DNA from: Octopus vulgaris
Lineage: Eukaryota
DNA: 64,000 nt
Reading direction: 5' to 3'
Assembly: GCA_951406725.2 (NCBI GenBank)
Contig: OX597827.1
Location: forward strand, 55,986,001 to 56,050,000
The notes beneath the pieces are model-generated. The model saw only the letters and a program-made list of their open reading frames with translations. It was not told the DNA's origin and did not search any database. The position numbers and the translations under genes are program-made. Of the stretch, positions 1 to 12,849 are shown one piece after another. How positions within the stretch are numbered: position 1 is the first letter of the stretch; every line of letters starts with the position of its first letter.

Positions 1-347
1 GCTTGCTTACAAACCACATGGTTCCGGGTTCAGTCCCACTGCGTGGCACCTTTGGTAAGTGTCTTGTACTATAGCCTCGGGCCGACCAAAGCCTTGTGAG
101 TGGATTTGGTAGACAGAAACTGAAAGAAGCCTGCCCGTCGTATATATGTGTGTGTGTGTGTGTCTGTGTTTGTCCGATGCTGGTGTGCTTACATCCCCCA
201 ACTTAGTAGCAGTTCGGCAAAAGAGACCGATAGAATAAGTACTAGGCTTACAAAGAATAAGTCCTGGGGTCGATTTGCTTGACTAAAGGTGGTGCTCCAG
301 CATGGCCACTGTCAAATGACTGAAACAAGTAAAAGAGTAAAAGAGTA
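1..347 (+). mobile_element. tRNA-derived SINE family 1 (CORE-like middle, (TG)n linker, AAAAGAGT tail), cut by the window start
   Basis: B-box-like GGTTCAGTCCC, then CACCTT(T/G)GG(T/C)AAGTGTCTT and the tail AAGTAAAAGAGTAAAAGAGTA; matches copies at 26428 and 30607. Confidence 0.85.
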
Positions 348-1145
348 TCTTGTAGCTTTGAGATTTCGATGATGCAATTGTTGACTTTCAGTGTGACATT
401 GTAGGGTAAGTGTAAGAGACTGTATTTGGTTAGTTAAAACCAATTGAATATTTTGGCCAGATATGGTCAGTTTAAATGCTAAAGGGTTAAATGATGATGA
501 TGGATAGCTACATGGCTTAATTTATAGTTGCACCTGTTAGCTAACTTATATTTATTGATGTTATCTCTGTACCATAGCCTAAACCTAGAAAATTGATAAA
601 TACTTCAATCTAAAAGATATGATGTTTTGTTTTATTAAATTCGAGATCCATAATTTCTATAAATGATAAAGTCAGTCATTATTTAGACCCATGTCAGACC
701 TGACTGAGAGGTCCAATAATAAAAGGTGTTCCTGTCATCTCCATGCATTCTTTCTTTTCTTCCGGTATAGTATATCTGATGTATCCCTCTTTTAAGACAG
801 AAGGATGGAATCTGAAGGAGATTTGGCTCTTATTCCAAGCCGGTTAAACAATGCATAGAGTTTTCTTTGTTCTGTTTAATTGAAGGCAGGAAAGACTTTC
901 TATGTGTGACTGGTTACTGACCTCAGTAGATACATTTACAACTAATTCATCTCATTACCCACTCAGACAATGTAAGCTCTCAATAAAATCTTATGTTACA
1001 TAAGCACACAACCGTCACTGAAAATGAAATAAAGTCGTTTGATGTTTATGACTTTCTGAATAATTTTGTACTGTAAATGAAGTGAAATAAGAATTGATTG
1101 ATTTACTAACTTGGCTCTCTGGGTGATTAGCTGTGCAGTGCTTAC

Positions 1146-1192
1146 CTCAGACTTGATAACATATTGGTTTCTTCTGACTAGTAACAAAACAC
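1146..1192 (-). other. Candidate 47-nt exon
   Basis: On the - strand: acceptor TTTTCTCTACCCTTAG| and donor GAG|GTAAG; no homology support. Confidence 0.25.
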
Positions 1193-2263
1193 CTAAGGGT
1201 AGAGAAAAATGTTATATTCATGTCTCCCCAACCTGGTATTAATGACAAAAGTGAAGTGGAGGGTAGTTAAAAGTGGAATGTGTTTCCTTTTTGTTAGCTT
1301 CTCAGAGCAAAGATTAACAATTATGAATTATCTTTTAGTCCCTCCTGTTAGCCATTCATCACTCCCTACATCCACCCTTCACTCCTACCTAAATTTTAAA
1401 GTTGTATTATAGCGATTTAATTTTTTATCATTTTATCAGCTTTAGTGGAATGAGAGCTGACCAAGGTTAGTAATAAATTTAGTACTGTGACATGTTAAAG
1501 CAGGGTAAAGAAAGGTTTGTAGTTCAAGATTCTCACGCTTTTTCAGGATTCTTTAAAAGAATAAATTTTCAATTAATTTTGATAAGTCAACTTCTGTAAG
1601 TATATAAATGCAGCAGAGAAGAAAATGAATGTGTGTGTGTGTGTGTGCGCGTTCATGCACGCATGTACATGCTTAATACAAAATATTGCAATAAATTTAC
1701 AAGAAAAAACTCGATCAACTTCAGTTCTTACTCATTCTCACAACAGACATACACACACACTGAGTGTATATTTTAATATTGTATATATCCTTTAAAAAAA
1801 ATAATAATAATAACAAAGACAGTAAGTGAGAGAAGTAATTTTTAAAGCAGGTTATTTTAGTAGTTACAAACAGAAAAAAAATGATTTCAACATTAATTCA
1901 TTCATGAAGTTCTATATTTCTTGATATTTTAATTGAATGCATTTGACAAATGGAACTTGTCACATCACAACATTGAGTATTTTTCTCTAAGAGGAAAATG
2001 ATTATGATTTTGTGTATTCTAAGTGCTTCACTTTAATTCCAATGGATGTATAAGACACAGAAAACAGTTGATATGTTGTTATGCAAGGACTTCTTTGATT
2101 TTGTTGTCTATAACTGTTACATCAAAACTGTTTGAAAATGAAACTTTGAAATCTTCAATAACTTTAAACTTGCACACAAATCAGTCAAACATATATGGAA
2201 AGTTTTCATTTGAAATTCTTGATAATAAATTCATTTTCTCATTTTCACATTTACTTTCCAAAC

Positions 2264-2679
2264 TCATTTCAAACTACATTTGTTTAATATTTTGATTTTA
2301 TAACTGGATTGTCGGCACACGTCTCGCATTTTCTTTAACAAATAAGACACCATTTCACTTGTTGTTTGATTATGTCTTCTAAGTCGCTTAGTATTTTGAA
2401 TAGATGATTTTTTCTCTTCTTTTAGACATGAAATTGTTTTTTTGGCCTTCAAGATCTTTCTTCTCAACATCTTTGTCTTTTCAGATTTCAACCTCTTTCG
2501 AGGTTCTCGACAGCCAATGCGGTCAATTTCTTTTAGAAGAGACCTGATTCGTGTCAGCTTGTAGGCTTGGCATTCCAACCGGGCTAATAAATTGATTTTT
2601 TGTCGTATCCCTCGGTTAAGACAATTTGTCAACATCTTCATGCTGTGCTCTGTTCTTGATCTTTTCAAGGAAAAAAATT
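2264..2679 (-). CDS. Candidate terminal coding exon, basic and possibly coiled-coil, unknown product
   Basis: Non-repetitive 134-aa K/R-rich ORF preceded in frame by acceptor GATATTGCAG| at 2680 (phase 1); a phase-compatible donor CCAG|GTATAA lies near 4166. Confidence 0.35.
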
Positions 2680-2911
2680 CTGCAATATCAACAACTCTAT
2701 GTTAATTTATTAAAAACCATTTGCATAATTTGATTTTATATTACTATATATATATATATATATATACTAGTATTATGTATATACTAATATTATTTTATAT
2801 TACTATGTATATACTAGTATTATTTCAATTATACAGTTGTAGATATTCTAACATACTTTCTATTTAAGCTCCAAATTACAAAATAAAAATAGCTGGTATT
2901 TCTTTTAAAGA

Positions 2912-3703
2912 GTTAAGTTCACCCTTTTTGATACCATATTTCTGTTAAAATATACTTCCCTCATTTCAATTAATTTTTAAAATTCTAAAAAATTTAGAAA
3001 AATAAGTTTGTCATTATTAAGCTGGTGTTTGAACCATAAATTGGCAGAACTCTGATAATCCCTTGTAACTCTTTTAGTTTTTGGAATTTTCAAAAAACTT
3101 TTGTGAATTGGTGTTCTATACACAGGACTTCATTCATACGATATATGATATATGAAAGAAGAAATTTTTTTCCTTTTTTTAAAACTCTCCCCATCCCCTA
3201 AATACTAACATTTTCTCTCTTTTCTGAATTTTTTTTATAAAATCAGTATTCAAAATGCAGACGGTCTGATTATTTTTGTTTAAATTCCATCAGTGGACCT
3301 CCCTTGGATGCATCATCATTCCATTATAAATGTGTTTAAGGAAAAATATTGAAACACATCAATACATGTCAAAGTGGCAAAGAAATGAGAACGGTGTCAG
3401 GTGGTCATGGGATGTGCTAAAAGCAACAGCTAAGTTGCCTTGAATCACACATACACACCAAAAATCTTTTTGCATAATTGTATGAACACCCGAACGCAGA
3501 ACACAAATTCACAAAACTTTCTGAAAATTCCAAAATATAAAAAATGTTATGAGGGGTTATATGGAGACCTTAAACTAGAATTCCACCTATAAATTAATTT
3601 GAAATTTTGAAGAAAGGTTTTAATTTAGATTACTTTAAAACAAGAAGTTTGTATCACAGATGCAGGGAAGGTCTCCAACAAGTTTGGTATCAAAAGGTTT
3701 TAA
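2912..3703. mobile_element. Degenerate piggyBac-like MITE containing a nested fold-back element (~3050-3570)
   Basis: Ends CCCTTTTTGATACC ... GGTATCAAAAGG near TTAA; inner inverted repeats TTTGGAATTTTCAAAAAACTTTTGTGAATT / AATTCACAAAACTTTCTGAAAATTCCAAAA. Confidence 0.5.
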
Positions 3704-4520
3704 AGTTAATTTAATTAGATTCTTCTTCTATTTAGAATAATATAGATGAATTGATTTTGTTCATATGTTTCCTATATTTAACCCATGAAAGCTTTTGACA
3801 AAATTAGCCATCCTTCTACAACTGTGCTTTAAACCATTGGTTTTAAACTTTTTGTAGCTCAGCGCACCTTTCCCAAAATGGTGTCTTACAAATGCTCTTT
3901 CACCCAGCCTTGCAACAAGATTATTTTAATCATATGAAAGTTAATTTTGCTCAGTGGTTTATTATCCTATTCAGCTTGTCTCTTTTGAAGGTATTTCTAA
4001 ATTTTTTGGGGAAATTACCAAAGAAGGTGAGATCTTATACAACAAACTATATCGGACCTTGGCATATCCTCAATCATGTTTCTGCACATAGATAACGCAA
4101 TATCCTGTTCATATTTTAATCTCAACAAAGACTTTGAAAATGTAGCTAAAATGTAAATATTATACCTGGTTTGAATGTTTGATTTTTATGAAGAATCATG
4201 ACTCCTAAGCATTTAGCTCCCCCTTGACATTTGCTGCTTTGATGTGAACTTAAAATGCTCCCAAGGTACAACTGCCCAGGTTAAGAACCAACAATATAAG
4301 CCATAGATCACATGTAATTCATTAGAGTCTTAATCATTAATACTTTATAGACTATCACTAAACAAACTTTGCAATTGTTTTAACTTGGAAAACAAGCACC
4401 AGTAATAAAACAAAGAGAAGAGTATTGCCTATTTTTCCCAAGAGAGGAACTACAGATAAACTTTAATCTTCTAACATTATTTACATTCGATGGATATTTG
4501 TCTTCATCTTGTTTGTTGTT

Positions 4521-4566
4521 AACACAACGTTTCGGCTGATATACCCTCCAGCCTTCTTCAGGTGTC
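4521..4566 (-). ncRNA. Minimal type-I hammerhead ribozyme (intact)
   Basis: GACAC-CTGAAGA-A-GGCTG(10-nt loop)CAGCC-GAAAC-GTT^GTGTT; stem I GACAC/GTGTT; palindromic AACGTT in place of stem III. Confidence 0.8.
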
Positions 4567-4837
4567 TTGGGGAAATTTCAAACCTGGGTTCTCATTCCTA
4601 AAGTATTTTTTATGTTGTTGTTGTTGTTATTATTGTTATTGTTATTGTTGTTCAGGTCACTGCTTGGAATTGAACTCGGAATCTTGGGGTTAGTAGCCCG
4701 TGCTCTTAATCCCAAGATTCCAAGTTCAATTCAAAGCAGTGACCTGAACACCAACAACAATAATAATAATAATAACAACAACAACATCAAAAACATCAAC
4801 CTTAGGAATGAGAACCCTGGTTCAAAATTTCCCCCAA

Positions 4838-4883
4838 GACACCTGAAGAAGGCTGGAGGGTATATCAGCCGAAACATTGTATT
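4838..4883 (+). ncRNA. Minimal hammerhead ribozyme, mutated mirror copy
   Basis: Same motif as 4521-4566 but with GAAACATT and GTATT (two G>A changes). Confidence 0.6.
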
Positions 4884-7164
4884 AACAACAAACAAGATGA
4901 GGACAAATATCCGTTGAATGTAAATAATGCAAATAATGTACATAATTCTTCATCTCTTAAATAGAGAACTGTTTAATCTTCTTGTTGAAAACCACAATAT
5001 CTTAATTATAACTTAATATCTTATTCAAAACTTAATTATAAATTCTAAAAAAAAAAATGTATAATATCCAAGATGGTACTTCAAAAAATTAACAAAGAAT
5101 ATTAATGAAACAATTCATGCAAAAACATAAAATAACAATTCAGAAAATTATGAATGAGAGCACACGCACACACGCACATACACACAGACACACACACAGA
5201 GTCTCTAATAGGTGAAAAACAACAATAATTCTGATGGACTAAGTTAAAAGAATAGGGCAAAATATGCAACAAAATAGATGACCTTGGTGGAATTTGAGCT
5301 CTGAACATAAATATGATGATAATGATAGTTTCTTCAAACTTTGATTTTGTTACATAAATTCAAATTTACATTTTTAAGTTCAAATCCTACCAAAGTCATC
5401 TTTCCCTTTCATCCCTCTGGAGTTGATAAAGTACCAGTCAAGTACTGGGATCAAATGTATTAATAACTCCTTTCCCCTCAAAACTGCTTTCCTCATGCTT
5501 AAATAAGAAACTATCAGTTTTGTATTTTTATTCATTTAGATGCCCATCAAAAAGGAGTCCTAATATACTATCAAGTCACTGCTGGTATTTGAAAAGTCAA
5601 AAGCAGTATACAAGCTACAGTGGAAAACCTTATCTGAGGCCACACCTTGTAAGAGTAAAAGGACATGATGTAATCTATGTACAGAAGAAAAAAATCATAT
5701 CCAAGGCCACTGAGAGAAGCAGTGGGCCCCAAAACTAGCCCAGGAGTAGGACGTCTAATGAGAATCTAGTGTTCAAGCTCCTGGAAGCTTTGGACTTTTG
5801 GCAATTTGTAGCACTATCTTAAGCTTAGTACCACTAAATTATGGCTTAAAGAGCTGGTGAGGATTATCCTGGAGCTTATGGTCTGAAATAAAATATGGAA
5901 AATAAAGCACATTCACAGATTTACACATGTTTTCTTGCACCTTCCTTATTAACGCATATGATTTAATGAAATTTTATACAGATATAGGCACAGGCATGGC
6001 TGTGTGGTAAGAAGCTTCCTTCCCAACCACATGGTTCTGGGTTCAGTCCCACTGCATGGCACCTTGAACAACCAAAGCCTTGTGAATGAATTTGGTAGAC
6101 AGAAACTGAAAGAGAATAACATTGTCCACAACATACCACTTCGAATTTCCAAATGATCAACTAACAAAACTATAATTTCCTAGAACTTCATAATCACTTG
6201 AGCAGTCAAAAACATTTTGTCATTGTCATCTTCATTATCATTATTCTTTATTTTTATGGGTTCATGAGCTATATAAGTATTTGAATTATCATCAACAATT
6301 GATGAATTGAAGCAAATACCAATGCTGGATTAACCATTAAGCAAAATAAGTGCATGCTTTGGGCAAGGGACAGGGGCCACCACAGAAATGGTAATTGTTT
6401 TACAGCACCAAAAAAATCACTTTAAACTTGCTAAAATAATATTCAAAGTGATATATATGATTGGAAATATAATTTCAAAGTGTTCATGGTGTCATAGTGA
6501 GGATCTGACCAAAGACTTCGCAATTAGAAAAAAAAGGAGAAAACTTTTCAAATACAAATAAACTAGAAGTATACAAAAACAAAAAACAAAAGGGATCAGA
6601 GGGGTGACGCATACTCTGCACTTACAATGCTTTGCATTGCTTACCCAAGATAATGAAAAGGTACTCCTCAAGTAAGTTATCCATTGAATTAGATTTATTT
6701 AATCTTCATTAGAAGGGGACTAAGGGCTCTTTGCACTTTTAAAATCATCGAGTTGATGCAGTTAATATTAAGTGTGAAAATGTATACAATTTGAAACTTG
6801 AGATAATTGAGAAGGGTTCACAGATTTAGGAAAGAAACATTGGGAAAAGGCATAGTATAGGTGATGAATGGTAAGTGAATAAAATAGTTTGGGTATGGGG
6901 TGAGGGATACAGCTTACAATTCAAAGGTGCACATCAATAACTATTGTATGAGCAGTAACTACAGTCTAGGGTTTATGAGACATTACTTTCAAAATATTTG
7001 GAAAATAGCCTTGAGTGAATGTTATTTTATAGACTCCAAAAAGATGAAAGGCAAAGTTGACCATGACAGAATTTGAACTCAGAAAATAAAGACAGATGAA
7101 ATACCACTAAACATTTTGCCTGATGTGCTAACGATTTTACCAGCTCGCCAAGGTAAAGGGTAAA

Positions 7165-7497
7165 GAACCCCTTCAGCCATGAATGACCATGAGATTGCAC
7201 CTAGAACGTTCCTTTCCTAGGAACAAGTCCATACAAGGTTGTTTATGGAAGCCCAGCAGTTGCTCATGCATACCAACCTCCCCTCTCGATGCTACCAATG
7301 TTATCTGAGAGAAAGGCAAAGGCTGATACAACTTGACATCAGTAACGTCGTAACTCATTTCTACAGCTGAGTGAACTGGAGCAACAAGAAATAAAGTGTC
7401 TTGCTCAAGAACACAACACACATCCCAGTCCAGGAATCAAACTCACTACCTCATGATTGTGAGCCTGATATTCTAACCACTGAACCATGTGCCTTCA
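7165..7497 (-). mobile_element. tRNA-derived SINE family 3 variant
   Basis: tRNA-like head plus GTGTTCTTGAGCAAGACACTTTATTTC...CTCCAGTTCACTCAGCTG, shared with copies at 8190 and 35173. Confidence 0.7.
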
Positions 7498-7912
7498 CAA
7501 CTCACCACTGTGTAGGTAAAAGAAATATTTAAAATGTACATTTTGTACACCTTCTTTACTCTTTGATTTAAACAAAACCCACCAAAAATAATAAAACAAA
7601 GAAGGAATTGTCTCACTTATGACAGCTGACCAGCAGGGGTAAACCCCATGTATTGATTTTTAGTATTGTATAAAAGGTGACATTGGTGTGGTAGGTAAAA
7701 TACTGGCCTAAGGCTGAAGATTTATAAATACAAATTGTGACTTGAACTTATTTAGTCATGTTATTAGAGCAGGTATGAAGTAAATAACAAAAGGGTTTGA
7801 TGGTGGAATACCAGATTAACAAGACGACAAATTGACAAATGGTTTGATGGCATATTGTGCTGCAGTCAAGTCATCATTTTGTATGACAATGTAAATAAGT
7901 TTGTTGCTTTAA

Positions 7913-8132
7913 CCCTTTGGTGTTTAAGCTGGCCATATCTGGCCCAAATATCCTACATGTTTACATTCAAACTGGCCATATCTAACCCCTCACACCTAAC
8001 CTACATTGACATTCTAAGAATAAACTATCACACCATTGAAACTTCAAAGTTGTAAGATAATGTATGATTAATTGAAAATAATTTGAGTGAAACAAGTATT
8101 ACATTTAACAGATTAATCTGAACACTAAAGGG
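7913..8132. mobile_element. piggyBac-like MITE
   Basis: TTAA|CCCTTTGGTGTTTA ... TGAACACTAAAGGG|TTAA; a related partial copy lies at ~345-490. Confidence 0.75.
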
Positions 8133-8189
8133 TTAAGCTTATTCCATTTTAAAAGTCTCATCTCAAATAAAATTTCCACTATTATACGA

Positions 8190-8517
8190 GAGTAGGAGCA
8201 CTTCGTCGGTTACGACGACGAGGGTCCCAGCTGATACAATCAACGGAACAGCTTGCTTTTGAAATTAACGTGCAAGTGACTGAGCAATCCACAGACACAT
8301 GTACCCCTAATGTAGTTCTCAGGGAGATTCAGCATGACACAGAGTGTGACAAGGCCAGCCCTTTGAAATACAGGTACAACTCATTTTTGCCAGCTGAGTG
8401 GACTGGAGCAACGTGAAATAAAGTGTCTTGCTCAAGGACACAACGCATCGCCGGGAATTGAGCTCACGACCTTACAATCGTGAGCCGAATGCCCTAACCA
8501 CTAAGCCACGTGCCTTG
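8190..8517 (-). mobile_element. tRNA-derived SINE family 3
   Basis: A-box TGGCTTAGTGG and B-box GAGCTCAATTCCC on the - strand; close to the + copy at 35173-35480. Confidence 0.85.
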
Positions 8518-9407
8518 ACCATACAAGAGTAGAGCATATGTAAATGGTCATAACAAAAATGCAGCTGCAGCTATTACTACAACACTCACACAGCATTTAA
8601 CTAATGTAATACATATTCAGACATTGTTTTTGATATCATAAAAAGGAGTGTCAGTTTTAAGGATTGATAGCATGATCATAGGAAACAAAATATTAGAGAG
8701 AGAGAGGGAGGATGGAGAGAGGTAGATAATGTGTGTGTGTGTGCAGATGTATTGTGTGTGTGGGAGAGAAATTGCAAACAATTTCAACTAATACAGCAAT
8801 TAGCTAACATATAATTTCCCAATACTGAAATTTGGGATTATGACTAAAATTTGTGTGTGGCTGGCTGCAAGGAAGAAAATGTAGTAAATAAACATTCTTC
8901 CCAGCCAAAGAATTCAACACCTACTTATTTGCCTCTAAACTCAATGTGAGCTGATGAAGCCACAAAGACAATATAGTACAACCTTAAAGCAAATGTAATT
9001 ATGCAATTAAAAGCTCAAACAAAATCTAATAAAATGACTAGAAAAATAACAACTTTTTCTTGAATTCTTTAAATACAAAATTGGTGGCAGCACGTAAAAT
9101 GGAGGATAACAGAATCAACATTGACATTGTAGGGTTAAATGAATGTCAAATCTACTGCTGCTGGTAAGAACTATAATGGTTGTTGTGTTTTAACAGTTTA
9201 AAACATGTTTGTGTGTCATATGAAACACATGGGATTAGTTATTCAAAATATAGACAGCAATATAAAAATAAATAAAATACGAAAGTCAAAAAGAGAAATC
9301 ACGTTTCAAAATTCTTTCCGTTTCCTTTCACTGATGAAAATCTGTTCCCCCAAAATACACACTGTTAGGCTGCTGTTAAGAGATAGAGTTAAGGCTAGTG
9401 CTAGTTG

Positions 9408-9707
9408 TTTGTTCCTTCTTGAGCCACACCAGGCTCATAAGGGCCGGTTTCCCGGTTTCCTTGGCGTATAGGTTCCCCATCTGGATGGGACACCAGTCTG
9501 TCGCAGGTGAGCTGCAAGATGCAGGAGGAAAGAGTGAGAGAAAGTTGTGGCGAAAGAGTCAGCAGAAGTTCGCCATTAACCTCTACCAGAGCCGCATGGA
9601 GCTTAGGTGTTTTGCTCATAAACACACACATCACCCGGTCTGAGATTTGAACCCGCGATCCCTCGACCACGAGTCCACTGCTCTAACCACTAGGCCATGC
9701 TCCTCCA
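9408..9707 (-). mobile_element. tRNA-derived SINE family 4
   Basis: Head TGGCCTAGTGGTTAGAGCAGTGGACTCG...GGTTCAAATC; homologous to 42490-42775. Confidence 0.8.
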
Positions 9708-9779
9708 CTTACTGCTTGTTAGATACAGATGAACAAGAAGTGTAAAAGTGTATTGCCCTGTAGTACTCCCACTGTAGGA

Positions 9780-11090
9780 TTGCACCACTGATTTTCTAAC
9801 ACATCATGATAGCATCCATTGTTTCTTGCCATATCCCATAGGTCCTCACTATTTCAGCCATCTTTTCTTAATGCACTGAATCAAAGACCTTCAAGAAGCC
9901 CACAAACTGCCTCTAAATTCCTTGCCCTCACTCCTTTGATGATTCTTCTTACAGTCAATATCTGTCCAAAACTCAATCTGTTCTTTCTGAATCTGCTCTG
10001 GTTTGATTTCAGGTTGGATTCAATTACACATTACATTTTAGATATTAGCAGCAATGGCTGTGTGAAATTACTATAGTTGGTTGTCAGTTATAGGTCCCCT
10101 TACTTCAGAAACAGGAGAATGCATCCTTCTGTCCAGACCTGGATTGCACATTGGTTGTACATATGAATGCAGAATTGCAGGAGATTATCAATAAAGTTTC
10201 TTGTCTTCCAAACTTCAGTGGTGATCTCCTCCAGACCAGCACCTTTCTTGTTTTGCATACATCTATTTATCTTTCCTGTAATATTGGGTTTTCTCTACAA
10301 AAAGCTAGAAGCAGGAGGCAGCCAGCCAGGAAGATCACTGTTGGTAACTATGCAAACAACCCTGCACTATTTACTGACAAGCTAACAGATACTGAAAAAC
10401 TTGCATGCACTAGAAGAGGCAGCTTTCAGGATCAATCTTTATGTGAATGCTGGGAAGACTGAATATTCATATGCTTTAACCAGAATGGTCAGATCCACTC
10501 AGTGAGTGGTACATCTCTGAAGAAAGTCAAGTCTGTCACTTATCCCAGGATTGATATTTCATTCACCAAAAAAAGATATATCAATTTGCACAGTAAAAGC
10601 ATAGAATGCATGAAACAAATTAAGAATAATTTGGAAGTCTACACTGCCTGGCTGGATAAAAAGGGAATTTTTCCAAACCATAGTAGAACCAGTTTTTCTC
10701 TTTGGCTCATCAGCATGGACTCTGATAAAAAAGATGGAAAATAAGCTTGATGGGGCCTATGCACATGTATTGGTTGTTGTTCACAACAAATCATGGAAAC
10801 AATATCCAATGAAAGAAGTGCTTTATGGAAATATCCCCAACATATCAATCATTTAAAAGTGAAGGACAAGATATGCTGGTCATTACTATCAAAGCAAAAA
10901 TGAATTCTGTGAACTTGAGCCATGAGAATTTTCATGTTGAATGATCCAGAATGACACATTAATCAACTCTCTCATGATACTGAGTTACAAACAGAAGCCT
11001 TCAAAAATGTCATGAAAGACAAAAATACTTGGAGGGAAAGAGTGATTTTAGTCTGGGCAACCTGCTGCCTGAAATGAATGAATGAGTCAC
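9780..11090 (+). mobile_element. Degenerate 5'-truncated LINE (RTE-like) reverse-transcriptase region
   Basis: Frame fragment KARSRRQPARKITVGNYANNPALF resembles a decayed xYADD motif; many stops; short tandem tail TGAATGAATGA. Confidence 0.6.
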
Positions 11091-11237
11091 TAACTGACTG
11101 ACCGACAGACAGACAAATAAATATATTAGAGCTAGTCAGGTAGAGTTAAAGCTAAAGATAGTTAGATGGAGTTAATGTTAGAGCTAGTCAGGGTAAATCA
11201 GATAGAGTTAATGTTAAAGCTAGTCAGATTTCAAGCA

Positions 11238-11358
11238 TTGATAGAATAAGTACTAGGCTTACAAAGAATAAGTCCTGGGGTTGACTTGCTCGACTAAAGG
11301 TGGTGCTCCAGCATGGCCACAGTCAAATGATTGAAACAAGTAAAAGAGTAAAGAGTAT
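11238..11358 (+). mobile_element. SINE family 1, 3' fragment
   Basis: Near-identical to 228-347. Confidence 0.8.
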
Positions 11359-12230
11359 CTTAACTAACAGAGTGCCAGCTATACTCTCAAAAGTCAAATC
11401 CATATCACTCTATGTAGGTATCGTAGTTGATATAACTTCCCATAGAGTATTGTCAAGTGATTCAATGCCATGTAATAACAAGCTCATTTTCTACTGTGGG
11501 GAAAGCAACTTTGAACAACCCTCTGTTTTATCCAGAGATTGCAAGATATTGCAAGAGGCAGCTAAGTTTCTTTCTCTGATGTTTAACATAGTTTAGCCTA
11601 TGCAAGTGAATATGGGATAAACAAAATAGGAATTTTGAAAGAAGTGTATATAAAACTGGTTTTTAAACATTGAATAGCTCTAGGGGTCCACTGGAATAAA
11701 ATAGCAATCAAAGGGGTCTGAAAAATGGTTGAGAACAACTAGACTAGATACATGCACAAGCTTCATGGGAATTTGTTTGAGGACAGAAAATAATAAGTTG
11801 CACAGAAGCAAGAATGGCAAATTCTTTGGATATTTGGTGATAAGTAAATTTGGGAATAACTAATTATGTTGATTAAAATATTTATTAACATAAAAGAAGG
11901 GAGGTGAGAGAGTTGCAGGCAGTGCTAGCAATGATAGAAGATACAAACGATAAAGACACAAACCAAATAGTAAGTAATGTTGGATCTGGTTGGGTTTGTT
12001 TAAATGATAATAGTAGAAAGAAACAGATAGGTAGGTAGAAAGAAAGAGAGAGAGAGAGAGAGAGGAGTTTGTTTGAACAGATAGAAACAAGAGAAGGTGT
12101 TTTGTTTGAACAGGGTCAGCAATTAGAGACAAATTGAGGAATGTGCAAATAAGATACAACTTATCTTCCAATGTTAAAATATGGGTTTAGACGCAGAAGA
12201 GATAAAAAGCAAAAAGAATGAAGAAAAAAG

Positions 12231-12276
<46 letters not shown>

Positions 12277-12621
12277 ATTTTAGCATTCATTTTCATGCTG
12301 GAATAGGTTGAATGGTCTGGCAGGATCTAGCAAAGCTGTGGGGTTGTGCTGAGCTCCTGTGTCAGCTTTGGCATGTTTTCTATGGTTGGATGTCCTTCCT
12401 AACGCTAACCATCTTACTGTATGTAGTGGATGCGTTCTTTTTCTTTTTGTGCCACTGGCACTAGTGAGGTTGTCAAGTAGGTTGCAAGAAAAATGACTGG
12501 GAAAGGGGTAAAACCCTCATGATTGAGAAGGGGGGAGTTTTAGGGAGAGGTAGATGGTTTTATGCCAGTTGCTAAGAGACTGAAGTGATAGGTGGACAAA
12601 CACAGGTGTCTTGCTATAGAA

Positions 12622-12849
12622 CAGTGGTTCTCAACCATTCTCTATATATGGACCCATTTGATTCTTACCTTACTCCAGTGGACCCTCATAGCCTCTCAGT
12701 GTTAAAAAAAATCCTATTGTGTTTTTATCCTTAAATATTATTAGGAATTGTCTTTTAGAAAATATTTTATGCATTGTAGAAGCAGAACCAATTTATTGCA
12801 CATAGATTTTAATAAAAAATTTTATATGGACCCCAGTTGAGAACCACAG
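12622..12849. mobile_element. hAT-type MITE
   Basis: TIRs CAGTGGTTCTCAAC / GTTGAGAACCACAG; TSD unclear. Confidence 0.7.

Larger units (their letters stand above)
4473..4971. mobile_element. Non-autonomous fold-back retroelement: tRNA-like head, (AAC/AAT)n, hammerhead ribozyme and PLE-type tail
   Basis: Arms ~4474-4692 and 4707-4929 are inverted copies; the right arm has a ~40-nt extra tail; TSD TTTAATCTTCT at 4462-4472 and 4972-4982. Confidence 0.8.

Noticed and set aside
8440-8517. tRNA gene-like sequences (also at 9630-9707, 30607 and 35173)
   Set aside because: These are SINE heads continuous with SINE bodies; no intact cloverleaf or terminator.
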